Virus record (IMG/VR): IMGVR_UViG_3300044537_000257
Span: 1-64,000 of that record
Strand: one strand, 5' to 3'
DNA from: a virus
Lineage: Duplodnaviria; Caudoviricetes
Length of the DNA: 64,000 bases
The notes under the pieces were generated by a model, which saw only the letters and a list, made by a program, of their open reading frames with translations, ran no database searches and had not been told where the DNA came from. Both the position numbers and the translations under genes were made by a program. Positions 44,567 through 53,782 of the stretch are shown in pieces. The stretch's first letter is position 1. Every line of letters starts with the position of its first letter.

Positions 44567-44884
44567 GTGATAACGATGGCAGAAACAATTGAACAAATGA
44601 CCGAACGAGTTGTTCGCGAGGAGGTTCGTCGCAAACTTGACGCGCAGGACTTCGGATTAGCCGGACGGATGTGGAATATTGACGATCTGCGCCAGTGGCT
44701 TGGCGGCAAAGATAAAGCCTGGGTTAAAGACAACACCGTCTTTAATCCTCGGTTTAGCCGAGAAATCCAAGCAATGATCGATGATAAAACGATTATCGAG
44801 GGTCGCCGCGGTAAGTCATGGCTGTTTAAGGCCGATCGATTTGCTGCGTGGCTAGACAAGCATTGGCAAGACTTTAACTGGTAA
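44567..44884 (+). CDS. DUF771-like HTH (RDF candidate)
   Basis: Close paralog of 5639-5947. Confidence 0.7.
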   Translation: MITMAETIEQMTERVVREEVRRKLDAQDFGLAGRMWNIDDLRQWLGGKDKAWVKDNTVFNPRFSREIQAMIDDKTIIEGRRGKSWLFKADRFAAWLDKHWQDFNW

Positions 44885-44897
44885 GGAGGTGATTTAA

Positions 44898-45011
44898 ATG
44901 GTTTGGACAGTGGACATGGCAAGTTTTACGTTTGGTATTTTGATTGGTTTTTTACTCTTTACGGCTTTTCGGGGCCTTTATCATCTGGGGAAAAATAGCC
45001 CAAAAAAATAA
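44898..45011 (+). CDS. 37-aa membrane peptide (not in ORF track)
   Basis: AAGGAGG RBS; MVWTVDMASFTFGILIGFLLFTAFR... Confidence 0.55.
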   Translation: MVWTVDMASFTFGILIGFLLFTAFRGLYHLGKNSPKK

Positions 45012-45110
45012 GCCACTGGCGGCAACCAGTGACTAAACCGCGAATAAATCGCGGACAAACAAAATATATTTACACCTTGAGTATAACATACTCGAGAATG
45101 GAGGGACAAC

Positions 45111-45725
45111 ATGAGATGGACGGAGGAAAATTGCAAAAAATTAGTTAAGAAAATTGATTTAGCCGAAACTAATGAAGTTTTGAATACCAAAGCGCTAGCA
45201 AAATATTTTGGTGTTAGCAACCAAGCAATCGGTAAAAAGGTGTGGGAATTACGCCAGGCCGGACGTTTACCTAAGGTTGATAAATCACTGCAAATTGATG
45301 CTTACCGACGGCCTTACACTAGCCGCGAACTACGTTTTATCATTGGCGCAATAAACGCGGGCCAAACCTGTAGCCAGGTCGCGGAACTGTTAGACCGTAC
45401 TTATGCTGGGATCAATAGGCAGGTCTGTAATTTGATCCGTACTGGTCAACTTGCACCACGTACGACTAGCTGGTCACCAGAACAAGATGACTTGATCATG
45501 AGTACAATTAAGCTTGATGCTAACGGATGCGTGGACAATTACCCAGAACTAGCAAATGCACTAGATCGATCTTACGTTGTGATCCAACGCCGGATATACC
45601 GCCTAAGAAAGCTGGGTAAGTTGCCGCCAGTGACCGGTCCATCGATAAGAGGACTAGAGGCGTGTCGGCGCTCGCATCAACGTATCTTTGCCAAAGCTTC
45701 ACGGGGGGGCGTACTAAATGGATGA
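45111..45725 (+). CDS. Protein with three Myb/HTH-like repeats
   Basis: RWTEEN, PYTSRE and SWSPEQD repeats, each followed by an HTH-like segment. Confidence 0.6.
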   Translation: MRWTEENCKKLVKKIDLAETNEVLNTKALAKYFGVSNQAIGKKVWELRQAGRLPKVDKSLQIDAYRRPYTSRELRFIIGAINAGQTCSQVAELLDRTYAGINRQVCNLIRTGQLAPRTTSWSPEQDDLIMSTIKLDANGCVDNYPELANALDRSYVVIQRRIYRLRKLGKLPPVTGPSIRGLEACRRSHQRIFAKASRGGVLNG

Positions 45726-45793
45726 AAATTTTGACCATGGAACGGAATATGAGTCAGCCTTAGTGATGCTTAAAGAAGCAGGGAAGTGACTCA

Positions 45794-45982
45794 ATGGATA
45801 AATGGCTAGCCTTTTTAAATGGGCTTTGGACTATGTTGTCTATCATTACACTAGCGATCGTGTTGATAGCTGATGAAGTCACCGTTAATCATATCCCCAT
45901 TGTAGGTAGACTAAAACTGATTGTGATAGCGACATGCATCATTGTCATTGCTTGGAATATCGTAAAGATGATCAGACTGTAA
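45794..45982 (+). CDS. Two-TM membrane protein
   Basis: 62 aa, hydrophobic. Confidence 0.55.
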   Translation: MDKWLAFLNGLWTMLSIITLAIVLIADEVTVNHIPIVGRLKLIVIATCIIVIAWNIVKMIRL

Positions 45983-45998
45983 AAAACTAAGTTTAGGA

Positions 45999-46262
45999 GT
46001 GATTGATGTGAAAGTTAGAATCACTACTGTTGATGATGACCAAGGCTGGTTAGATGCCGCCGGGATACCTTATAAAGCCAACGATATCATAGAAATGACC
46101 AGAGATGAGTTTGATCAATTAAATCGCTATGCCGCTAATATCAACAACGAAGTTTGCGGGCCAGCAATCAGTGTAGAAGACGTTACCACGTTACAAGAAA
46201 ATGGTGCCGAAGCAATTGAATTAATGCAACGCTTTGATGAAAAAATTAATTTAGGGAGATGA
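45999..46262 (+). CDS. Hypothetical protein
   Basis: 87 aa, after the boundary motif at 45982. Confidence 0.55.
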   Translation: MIDVKVRITTVDDDQGWLDAAGIPYKANDIIEMTRDEFDQLNRYAANINNEVCGPAISVEDVTTLQENGAEAIELMQRFDEKINLGR

Positions 46263-46495
46263 TCCGGGTGGCTTCTAGAGGGAAACACAAACGTATTTAT
46301 GCGCTCTACCGCGGCGATCAATATATCTGTGACGGCACAGCGTACGAGCTGGCTACTGATACTGGTTTAAAAGCCGCAACCATCTTATGGTATGCCACAG
46401 GTGTCCGTCGGCGCCGGGTAGATAGCCAACAGAGAAAATCAAAGAAATCAATCATTGTTGAGCCGATTGGCTGGGACGATGGCGACGATGATTAA
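46259..46495 (+). CDS. Small HTH protein (NUMOD1-like)
   Basis: RIYALYRGDQYICDGTAYELA; paralog at 53355. Confidence 0.6.
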   Translation: MIRVASRGKHKRIYALYRGDQYICDGTAYELATDTGLKAATILWYATGVRRRRVDSQQRKSKKSIIVEPIGWDDGDDD

Positions 46496-46527
46496 GTTTA
46501 GAGCTGGATAAAAAAGGAGGCGGATAA

Positions 46528-46701
46528 ATGAAAATTAAAACCTTTTGGACGAATTGTACAGAGGACTCTGAATTTGATGATAAAGTCAATCAATTTATTG
46601 AAGAAAAGCAAGTTATCCAGATTTCATCAAGTGACACAATATTGCCCTATGATGACCATAATCATACGCTAACCGTACTTTACAAGGAGGCGGAAAAATG
46701 A
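46528..46701 (+). CDS. 57-aa Cse60/DUF2758-like protein (not in ORF track)
   Basis: AAGGAGG RBS; MKIKTF...FDDKVNQFIEEKQVIQISSS...LTVLYKE. Confidence 0.6.
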   Translation: MKIKTFWTNCTEDSEFDDKVNQFIEEKQVIQISSSDTILPYDDHNHTLTVLYKEAEK

Positions 46702-47057
46702 GCGTGCACAATTTAGAGCTTGCTAAAGAAAAAGACAAATTAAAACATACAATTTATCACGACTTTGTAAATACGATAAACAAAAACAGCATTTACAAAT
46801 CAATTTCTCTCGTGAAAATCAATAATGGCACTGATTTTTATGAGTGCGAGCCATATGATAGCGCGTATCGTTGCTCAAATGATGATCAATTCTTTGAAAC
46901 ATGCCAAAAAATAGAACGTGCTTTTAAGAGATATTATAAGAAAATTTTCGAAAAATATAATGTGAATAATATCGCTGTTGACATATACGATGAGTGGTCA
47001 TGCAATGCCGGTTTAAGCGTATATGAGGATGGCAGTATAGATACAAGCAATTTTTAG
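46698..47057 (+). CDS. Hypothetical protein
   Basis: 119 aa, AT-rich. Confidence 0.55.
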   Translation: MSVHNLELAKEKDKLKHTIYHDFVNTINKNSIYKSISLVKINNGTDFYECEPYDSAYRCSNDDQFFETCQKIERAFKRYYKKIFEKYNVNNIAVDIYDEWSCNAGLSVYEDGSIDTSNF

Positions 47058-47085
47058 CATTATTTTTCGATGGGGAGGACGAAAA

Positions 47086-47598
47086 ATGAGCGAAGAAAAA
47101 CTGTACGCGGTAAAGAACGATGAAGGCGAATACTGGGACACGGGTATGCCACCTTGGTGGAACGATAAGACAGGAAGTGTTTTCAAAAGAATTGATCTCG
47201 CGCTTAGGTGGGCAAAAAAATATGACGGTCATGTTGTCACTTTGATTGAGGAGCCTGAAAAGGTAGTCCTAACCAAAGAGCAAGCCGAAATCGTTGAAAA
47301 TGCGCATGATGAAGAATTTCCGGCAACTTATATTTCTGGACATGCTGGTGGTGAAGAAGAGCTGTTGATGAATGCTTACGTCAACGGATACACCGTGGAA
47401 AAGGAGAAGAAGTACAGTGTGTGGGTGCCACACGTCAAAGGAAAAATGTACTACAAAGATGGGCGTGGAAGCGACGACCTTGATATTACAAGTGCATATT
47501 TCATGAACCACAAAAATCAGCAGTTCACCGAAGCAGAGATCGAACATTACGGACTGGGAGACTGCCAGAAAGAAGAGGTGACTGACGATGAGCAATGA
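47086..47598 (+). CDS. DUF1642-like protein
   Basis: PEKVVLTKEQAEIVE...LLMNAYVNGYTVEKEK. Confidence 0.65.
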   Translation: MSEEKLYAVKNDEGEYWDTGMPPWWNDKTGSVFKRIDLALRWAKKYDGHVVTLIEEPEKVVLTKEQAEIVENAHDEEFPATYISGHAGGEEELLMNAYVNGYTVEKEKKYSVWVPHVKGKMYYKDGRGSDDLDITSAYFMNHKNQQFTEAEIEHYGLGDCQKEEVTDDEQ

Positions 47599-47935
47599 GA
47601 CGAAGCGGGACGTGTTGGTAGATGCTGTTGACGCGCTGGCTGATGCACAGGCAAGCGGTGGCAATGTCGGACACCAAGATGCAAATTTATTCATGGCTGA
47701 ATACGAAAACGCCTTGCCAGATAATATGCCGGTTATTCCGCAGGCCGTGGGCGAGTACATCAAATGGTGTCAATCTGTTGGTGGCGTTCTAATCGATGCT
47801 TTCGCATTTACAAAAGGAGGCATCACGGAGAAGTGGATCTATGAACACGGCGATACTTTTGCCCGTGCATGGTTGCTGGGCGTCTGTAAGGTCGAAGAAA
47901 CAGGCGAAATCGTGAAGTTGGAGGTGAACTTATGA
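47588..47935 (+). CDS. DUF1642-like protein
   Basis: PVIPQAVGEYIKW...TFARAWLLG. Confidence 0.65.
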   Translation: MSNETKRDVLVDAVDALADAQASGGNVGHQDANLFMAEYENALPDNMPVIPQAVGEYIKWCQSVGGVLIDAFAFTKGGITEKWIYEHGDTFARAWLLGVCKVEETGEIVKLEVNL

Positions 47936-48141
47936 AGGAACCAGTTAATTGGTCAATATTTAATATTGATCCTTGGAATGGTAGCCAAGATGTAACGAAA
48001 GCTCAACTACAGGCTGAGTTTAAAAAGTATTCAGGAACGCCTAGAGAGTTTGCAAAAGAATTAGCACACCGTTTTGAATGGTCGGGATATATGTGTGAGC
48101 TTGCAGAGCAATGGGCTAGCCAAATTACTGATAAAAAGTAA
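47932..48141 (+). CDS. Hypothetical protein
   Basis: 69 aa, ends at the boundary motif at 48132. Confidence 0.55.
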   Translation: MKEPVNWSIFNIDPWNGSQDVTKAQLQAEFKKYSGTPREFAKELAHRFEWSGYMCELAEQWASQITDKK

Positions 48142-48160
48142 TTTTCAGGAGGTGAATCAT

Positions 48161-48307
48161 TTGGAAAGTTTAACATCTAATCCACCACAGTGGGACCAAT
48201 TACCGTGTCCTTACTGCGGTGGCAAGGTAATCTATGCAACCAACGCGAGAATTTATCATGGACGGATCTATGGTAATGGTGATGCTGAAAAGGCGGTACC
48301 AGCATGA
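48161..48307 (+). pseudogene. Truncated zinc-ribbon (DUF3268-like) gene fused to the NGDAEKAVPA tail
   Basis: CPYCGGKVIYATNARIYHGRIYGNG, then the tail shared with 14587-14841; second CxxC missing. Confidence 0.55.
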
Positions 48308-48435
48308 AATTTTTAACTGATGCTTTAACGGTTATCGCTGGCGCCGTGATTTGCTGGTGGACAATGGCGCTAGCAGGGATGTTCTTCCTGACTGTATTTA
48401 AGTACCTGGTCTGGTTCTGGTGGGCTATTAATTAA
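48304..48435 (+). CDS. 43-aa membrane peptide (not in ORF track)
   Basis: MKFLTDALTVIAGAVICWWTMALAGMFFLTVFKYLVWFWWAIN. Confidence 0.7.
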   Translation: MKFLTDALTVIAGAVICWWTMALAGMFFLTVFKYLVWFWWAIN

Positions 48436-48527
48436 AGGAGGTGAGGCAAATGGTGGTAATTAAAGCGATGCGGCAACATCGCGGATAAACAAAATATAAT
48501 TTACTCAAAAATCGGAGGTAACAAAAA

Positions 48528-48938
48528 ATGAAATTAACAGTTGATCTAAATAGTGACACAGATATTAAGGCTTCAATCACTTTTTTGCAGCGCTTGCTTG
48601 GGGTGGATACGACCAAAATTAAAATGACAGTTGACGATAAACCTGCAGAAACCATCAACAGTGGAACCCTTAGCGCGAATCCAGTGGGGATTGCAGATAA
48701 GCCTAAACCTGAAACTAGCCCAGAAAAAAACGGTCCTGATCCAAAAACAACCGAAGCGGATGTTGCAGAACCAGAAGTCACCAAAGAGATGGTCCAAAAG
48801 CGCATGAAGACCATGCTTAAAGAGCAAAAACGTGCGGAGATGGTCGAGGCCCTATCCGAGTTCGGTGTCAAAAAATTAAGCGAAATGACTGCCGATGTTT
48901 ATCCAGAATTTTACGCCAAAATGGGGGAGCTGATGTAA
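48528..48938 (+). CDS. Conserved first gene of the PolA module
   Basis: Acidic linker plus C-terminal ALSEFGVKKLSEM motif. Confidence 0.65.
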   Translation: MKLTVDLNSDTDIKASITFLQRLLGVDTTKIKMTVDDKPAETINSGTLSANPVGIADKPKPETSPEKNGPDPKTTEADVAEPEVTKEMVQKRMKTMLKEQKRAEMVEALSEFGVKKLSEMTADVYPEFYAKMGELM

Positions 48939-48939
48939 T

Positions 48940-50100
48940 ATGGCCAGTCCGACAACACACGCCAAGCTCAGCGCTTCGGGAGCGATGAAGTGGATCAATT
49001 GCCCACCAATGCTGTGGATGGAAGAAGGCTTGCCCGACACTACCAGCCCATATGCAGCGGAAGGGACCTTAGCCCACTCCTTAGTCGAGGCTAAGCTAGC
49101 CCGTGAGACAGGTAAGATCACCGCTGCCGAGTACGATAAAAAACTAGTGCATATTAAGCAGAGTCAGTTTTATAACCAATCTATGGAGGATTACACCGAC
49201 GACCATGTCGCCTTAGTCCTAGAGGATTTTAATGGCACACCTGATGCCGATATATACCTGGAAAAGCGGGTCAATTTCAGCGACTGGGCTACTGGCGGTT
49301 TTGGGACTAGTGACACGATTATCGCTAGCGACGGTCAACTCCAGATCTGGGATTTAAAATACGGCAAAGGTGTTAAGGTCAATGCTGATCATAACTTCCA
49401 GTTGATGCTATACGCACTCGGCGCTTACGCTTTTTACGACGTACTGTACGGCTTTGAGTCAGTTAAGATGACCATCTCACAGCCCCGTATCGGCAATTTG
49501 AGCCAGTTTGAAATGAGTATGGACGATTTACTCAAGTGGGGCGAGGAGGTCGTTAAACCAGCCGCTGACGACGCAATGAATGGTCGTGGTGAATGGGACT
49601 TTGAAGACCCGCACACTTGGCGCTTTTATAAGGCCGCTGGGTTTTGCCGGCACCTTGCTGAGAAAAATCTGGAGATCCGCAAGTATGAGTTTAAGCAGGC
49701 CAACACACTTAAACCCGATGAAATTGCTGATATCCTTGATCAAAAAGCGGATATCGAACGCTGGCTTAAAGCCGTTGAGTACTATGCCATGAGCCAAGTT
49801 AAAGACGGTAAGCTAGTGGTTCCCGGCTATAAATTGGTCGAGGGTCGCAGTAATCGTAAGATCACCGATCCCGTCGCTGCCGAAACTGTTTTGCGTAAGC
49901 ATGGCTTTAATAAGCGCGATATCACGGAGACAAAACTTTTATCGTTGACTGCACTGGAAAAGGTCACTGGTAAAGATAAATTTACTCAGCTGCTTGGTGA
50001 TTTAATACTCCGTCCAACGGGAAAGCCAACCTTAGTAACTGATGATGATAAACGCCCCGCGTTAAATTCAACTGCGGCGGCACAAGAAGATTTCGACTAA
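48940..50100 (+). CDS. DUF2800 PD-(D/E)XK (Cas4-like) exonuclease
   Basis: HAKLSAS...[35 protein letters not shown]. Confidence 0.9.
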   Translation: MASPTTHAKLSASGAMKWINCPPMLWMEEGLPDTTSPYAAEGTLAHSLVEAKLARETGKITAAEYDKKLVHIKQSQFYNQSMEDYTDDHVALVLEDFNGTPDADIYLEKRVNFSDWATGGFGTSDTIIASDGQLQIWDLKYGKGVKVNADHNFQLMLYALGAYAFYDVLYGFESVKMTISQPRIGNLSQFEMSMDDLLKWGEEVVKPAADDAMNGRGEWDFEDPHTWRFYKAAGFCRHLAEKNLEIRKYEFKQANTLKPDEIADILDQKADIERWLKAVEYYAMSQVKDGKLVVPGYKLVEGRSNRKITDPVAAETVLRKHGFNKRDITETKLLSLTALEKVTGKDKFTQLLGDLILRPTGKPTLVTDDDKRPALNSTAAAQEDFD

Positions 50101-50119
50101 AAGAAAGAGGTATTTAATT

Positions 50120-50722
50120 ATGACTGAAAACACAAACACAACTAAGGTAATCACTGATATTGTTCGCTTTTCATTTGTCCACTTGCTAGAACCCACATCA
50201 TTCGAGGGTCAAGAACCAAAATACTCCGTTATGCTGCTGATCCCGAAGACTGATTCTAAGACATTAGGTAAGATCGAGGCCGCTCAAAAAGCAGCCGCTG
50301 AATTAGGTAAAAGCAAGTTCAAGAATAACAAAATCCCCGCTAAATTAAAAACGACGTTGCGCGATGGTGATGAGGAGATGGACACAGAAGAGTATCCAGA
50401 GTTTAAAGGGATGATGTTTATCAATGTCTCAAATAAAAACAAAGTCGGGATGGTCGGTACTCAGCGCGACGAACACGGCAAATTAAAGCGGCTTGCCGAA
50501 GACCCCGAAGAAGTTTACTCAGGAATGTACGGTCGTGCGTCAATTAACTTTTTTGCCTTTAACACCGCCGGCAATCAGGGTGTGTCCGCTGGTTTAAATA
50601 ATATCCAAAAAACCCGTGACGGTGATCACTTGGGTGGCGGCGCTGCGAAACCAGAAAATGATTTTGATGACTGGGAAGATGACACCGAAGATGCCGACAT
50701 GGATGACGATTTATTAGATTAG
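50120..50722 (+). CDS. DUF2815 ssDNA-binding protein
   Basis: [40 protein letters not shown], acidic tail. Confidence 0.9.
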   Translation: MTENTNTTKVITDIVRFSFVHLLEPTSFEGQEPKYSVMLLIPKTDSKTLGKIEAAQKAAAELGKSKFKNNKIPAKLKTTLRDGDEEMDTEEYPEFKGMMFINVSNKNKVGMVGTQRDEHGKLKRLAEDPEEVYSGMYGRASINFFAFNTAGNQGVSAGLNNIQKTRDGDHLGGGAAKPENDFDDWEDDTEDADMDDDLLD

Positions 50723-50736
50723 GGAGGTGCGGAAAA

Positions 50737-51357
50737 TTGAAATTAATTACAAATCAAAAATTAGAAGCAGCCTTTAAAAAAGTAGTTACAAAAGACGACG
50801 CACGAACGGCATTACAATGCTTACATTTTGATAAAGATGGCAGTGTTGTTGCTACGGACAGTCATGTACTGTTGCGCATTGAAGAGTTTCATAATCTAAA
50901 TCAGAGTCTTAATTTAAATCTTAAAACGTTTTTGGAAGATGATTTGGATCGCTACCCAGAGACTAAGCGATTGATTCCTGAGTCGTTCGATTTTGAGCTA
51001 CGAGTTGATAGCGACGAACTGGCGGATGCGTTGCCAGTAATTACTGGTATGACCAAGACCCGGGATAAGCAAGCACTAGCGACCTTAAGTTGGGATGTTG
51101 AAGATCGTAAGCTAATGATCACCAGCGGTCAAGTTTCCCTTAATATTCCCGCTATTCAGACTGACGACTCTTCTTATGACACTGATACAGATGTACTTGC
51201 TACCGTTAACCCAAAATATCTGGCACAGGCGATCGAATTTTATACCCAAGTTGCCGAAGTACCGGAAGTCACTTTCGGGTTTAATGGAGCACTGCGACCA
51301 ATTGCTTTGACTTATGAAACGGCAACATACTTGATCACACCCGTACGAACTTTTTAA
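50737..51357 (+). CDS. Beta sliding-clamp-like protein (about two domains)
   Basis: VATDSHVL, VNPKYLAQAI and LRPI...YLITPVR resemble DnaN motifs. Confidence 0.65.
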   Translation: MKLITNQKLEAAFKKVVTKDDARTALQCLHFDKDGSVVATDSHVLLRIEEFHNLNQSLNLNLKTFLEDDLDRYPETKRLIPESFDFELRVDSDELADALPVITGMTKTRDKQALATLSWDVEDRKLMITSGQVSLNIPAIQTDDSSYDTDTDVLATVNPKYLAQAIEFYTQVAEVPEVTFGFNGALRPIALTYETATYLITPVRTF

Positions 51358-51365
51358 AAAACGAG

Positions 51366-51395
51366 AACAGGGACCTTTAACCGGGTCCCTGTTTT
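51366..51395. terminator. Hairpin between clamp and polymerase
   Basis: AACAGGGACC-tttaacc-GGGTCCCTGTT-TT. Confidence 0.65.
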
Positions 51396-51411
51396 AGGAA
51401 GGAGGTTAAAA

Positions 51412-53358
51412 ATGGAACGCTTAAATATCGATATCGAAACATACAGCGAAGCTAACTTGCCGAAAGTCGGCGTTTATCGTTATGTAAATGATCCCAGTTT
51501 TGAAATTCTGCTGTTTTCCTATGCCATCGATGGCGGTGAAGTAACCTGTATCGACCTCGCTAGCGGGGCCGTGATCCCCATTGAAATTGTCGCGGCTATA
51601 ACCGATCCGGGGATTATCAAAGTCGCCTTTAACGCCCAGTTCGAACGAGTGGCGTTATCTAAGTTTTGTGGTCAGACACTAGACCCGGAACAATGGCATG
51701 ACACAATGGTCACCGCCAACGAATTAGGGTTAGGCGGCGGTCTAGGTCAAGTCGCTAAATTTCTAGGCATTGATCAGCAAAAGGACACCCGTGGCACAGC
51801 GTTGATTAATTATTTCTCAAAGCCTTGTAAGCCGACAAAAGCTAACGGGATGCGCACACGTAATCGACCAAGTGACGCGCCCGACAAGTGGCTAATTTAT
51901 ATCACTTATAATCAGCAAGATGTGCGCACGGAGATGGCCATCGCCGACAAACTTGTAGGTTTTCCGGTTAAAAAATCAGAGTGGCAACTTTACAGTATGG
52001 ATCAGCGCATCAACGACCGTGGAGTAGGTGTGGACCAGCAGCTGGCTAGCGGCGCCGTCGAGATCATGACAGAGCTTAATAATCAAAACATTGCCCAGCT
52101 CAAAAAAGTGACTGGCTTAGATAATCCTAACAGCCTGGTGCAGTTTAAAGGGTGGTTAGCTGATCAGGGTTATCCCTTTGACAAGCTTGGTAAGGCGGTT
52201 GTGCAAGAGGCACTTGATAAAGGCGATTTATCTAACACGGTCGCGGAAGCATTAAGACTGCGGTTGAGCTTGTCTAACAGCAGCACTAAAAAGTATCAGA
52301 CCATGATCGGTGCCGCCGGTGATGACGGTCGCGTGCACGGACTGATGCAGTTTTACGGCGCCAACCGCACCGGGCGCTGGGCTGGACGGCTTGTCCAAGT
52401 CCAAAATTTACCGCGAAATTATCTTAACCCAGAGTTATTAGACTTTGCCCGTGAGTGCGTCAGAAACGGAGATACTGAGTCGATTGACTTGGTCTATGAC
52501 TCAGTGCCGGACACACTTAAACAGCTCATACGGACAGCACTGGTGCCGGCAGACGGCAACAAACTTGTGATCTGTGATTTTAGCGCCATCGAAGCCCGCG
52601 TGATCAGCTGGTACGCCAATGAGACCTGGTCGCTAGAAGAATTTGCCGACAATGAGGATATCTATAAGGCAACAGCTAGTCGTATGTTTGGGATTCCAAA
52701 GGCCGACATCGATAAGAAAATCCGACAACGGGGGAAAGTCGCCACATTGGCGCTGGGCTATCAAGGTAGCGTAGGCGCGTTAAAGGCAATGGGTGCGCTT
52801 GACATGGGCATTCCCGAAGATGAGTTGCAAGGTCTAGTTGATGCTTGGCGTAAGGCTAGCCCACATGTCGTTAATTTTTGGCATGATGTGCAGCGCGGCG
52901 TAGTCGATGTTGTCGAAAATGGTGGTGTCGCTCACATGCAGCGAGGGCTTAAAGCATTCAAAAAATCGGGCTTTTTGTTTATCCAGTTGCCGTCTGGACG
53001 ACGTTTGGCCTACGCCAAAGCAGCGCTAGAGGACAGTGACTATGGTCCACGAATCACTTATATGGGTCAAGGGACACACGTTGGTTTTACGAAACTGGAG
53101 ACCTACGGCGGCAAATTGGTGGAAAACATTGTACAAGCGACCGCGCGCGATTTACTGGCTCAAGCGATGTACCGCCTAGAAAAAAATGGATATCCAGCAG
53201 TTTTCCACGTCCACGATGAGGTCGTAGCGGAAGTACCAGACAGCGATGATTTTAGCGTGGCTGCGATGCGTGAAATTATGTGCCGGCCGATTAAATGGGC
53301 TGACGGATTACCGCTGAACGCAGCGGGATTTGAAACTTATTACTATAGAAAGGATTGA
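51412..53358 (+). CDS. Family A DNA polymerase (3'-5' exonuclease plus polymerase)
   Basis: NIDIETYS, DFSAIEARV, RQRGKVATLALGY, HVHDE. Confidence 0.95.
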   Translation: MERLNIDIETYSEANLPKVGVYRYVNDPSFEILLFSYAIDGGEVTCIDLASGAVIPIEIVAAITDPGIIKVAFNAQFERVALSKFCGQTLDPEQWHDTMVTANELGLGGGLGQVAKFLGIDQQKDTRGTALINYFSKPCKPTKANGMRTRNRPSDAPDKWLIYITYNQQDVRTEMAIADKLVGFPVKKSEWQLYSMDQRINDRGVGVDQQLASGAVEIMTELNNQNIAQLKKVTGLDNPNSLVQFKGWLADQGYPFDKLGKAVVQEALDKGDLSNTVAEALRLRLSLSNSSTKKYQTMIGAAGDDGRVHGLMQFYGANRTGRWAGRLVQVQNLPRNYLNPELLDFARECVRNGDTESIDLVYDSVPDTLKQLIRTALVPADGNKLVICDFSAIEARVISWYANETWSLEEFADNEDIYKATASRMFGIPKADIDKKIRQRGKVATLALGYQGSVGALKAMGALDMGIPEDELQGLVDAWRKASPHVVNFWHDVQRGVVDVVENGGVAHMQRGLKAFKKSGFLFIQLPSGRRLAYAKAALEDSDYGPRITYMGQGTHVGFTKLETYGGKLVENIVQATARDLLAQAMYRLEKNGYPAVFHVHDEVVAEVPDSDDFSVAAMREIMCRPIKWADGLPLNAAGFETYYYRKD

Positions 53359-53594
53359 TTCAAATGGCTTCAAGGGGGCAACACCATAAACGTATTTACG
53401 CCCTTTACAAGGGTGACACAAACCTTTGCGATGGAACAATCAAGGAACTAGCTCAGCAGCTGGGCGTCGCTGTCACGACAATGAAGTTTTATGCATCGCC
53501 TACGTATCAGCATCGTAATCTAAAGCCCGGCCACGAAGCAGTAAATCGAATTATAGTGATACCAATTGGGTGGGATGATGACGATGAGAATTAA
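53355..53594 (+). CDS. Small HTH protein (NUMOD1-like)
   Basis: RIYALYKGDTNLCDGTIKELA. Confidence 0.6.
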   Translation: MIQMASRGQHHKRIYALYKGDTNLCDGTIKELAQQLGVAVTTMKFYASPTYQHRNLKPGHEAVNRIIVIPIGWDDDDEN

Positions 53595-53781
53595 GCCAAT
53601 TTATGCCGTCGCTTACGCCGATGATCCGACCGGGCCTACTAGAGATTATCTTTATCGGACCTATCACACAGCAGTCAAAAAGGCAGCTAAGCTAAATCAA
53701 CGCGACGACACTGACAAATGGCGAGTCCTAGTCAGTATTGAGTGGCTTGATATTAAGTACCTTGGCGGAAAGGAGGGCTAA
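53584..53781 (+). CDS. Hypothetical protein
   Basis: 65 aa ORF. Confidence 0.5.
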   Translation: MRIKPIYAVAYADDPTGPTRDYLYRTYHTAVKKAAKLNQRDDTDKWRVLVSIEWLDIKYLGGKEG

Positions 53782-53782
53782 C

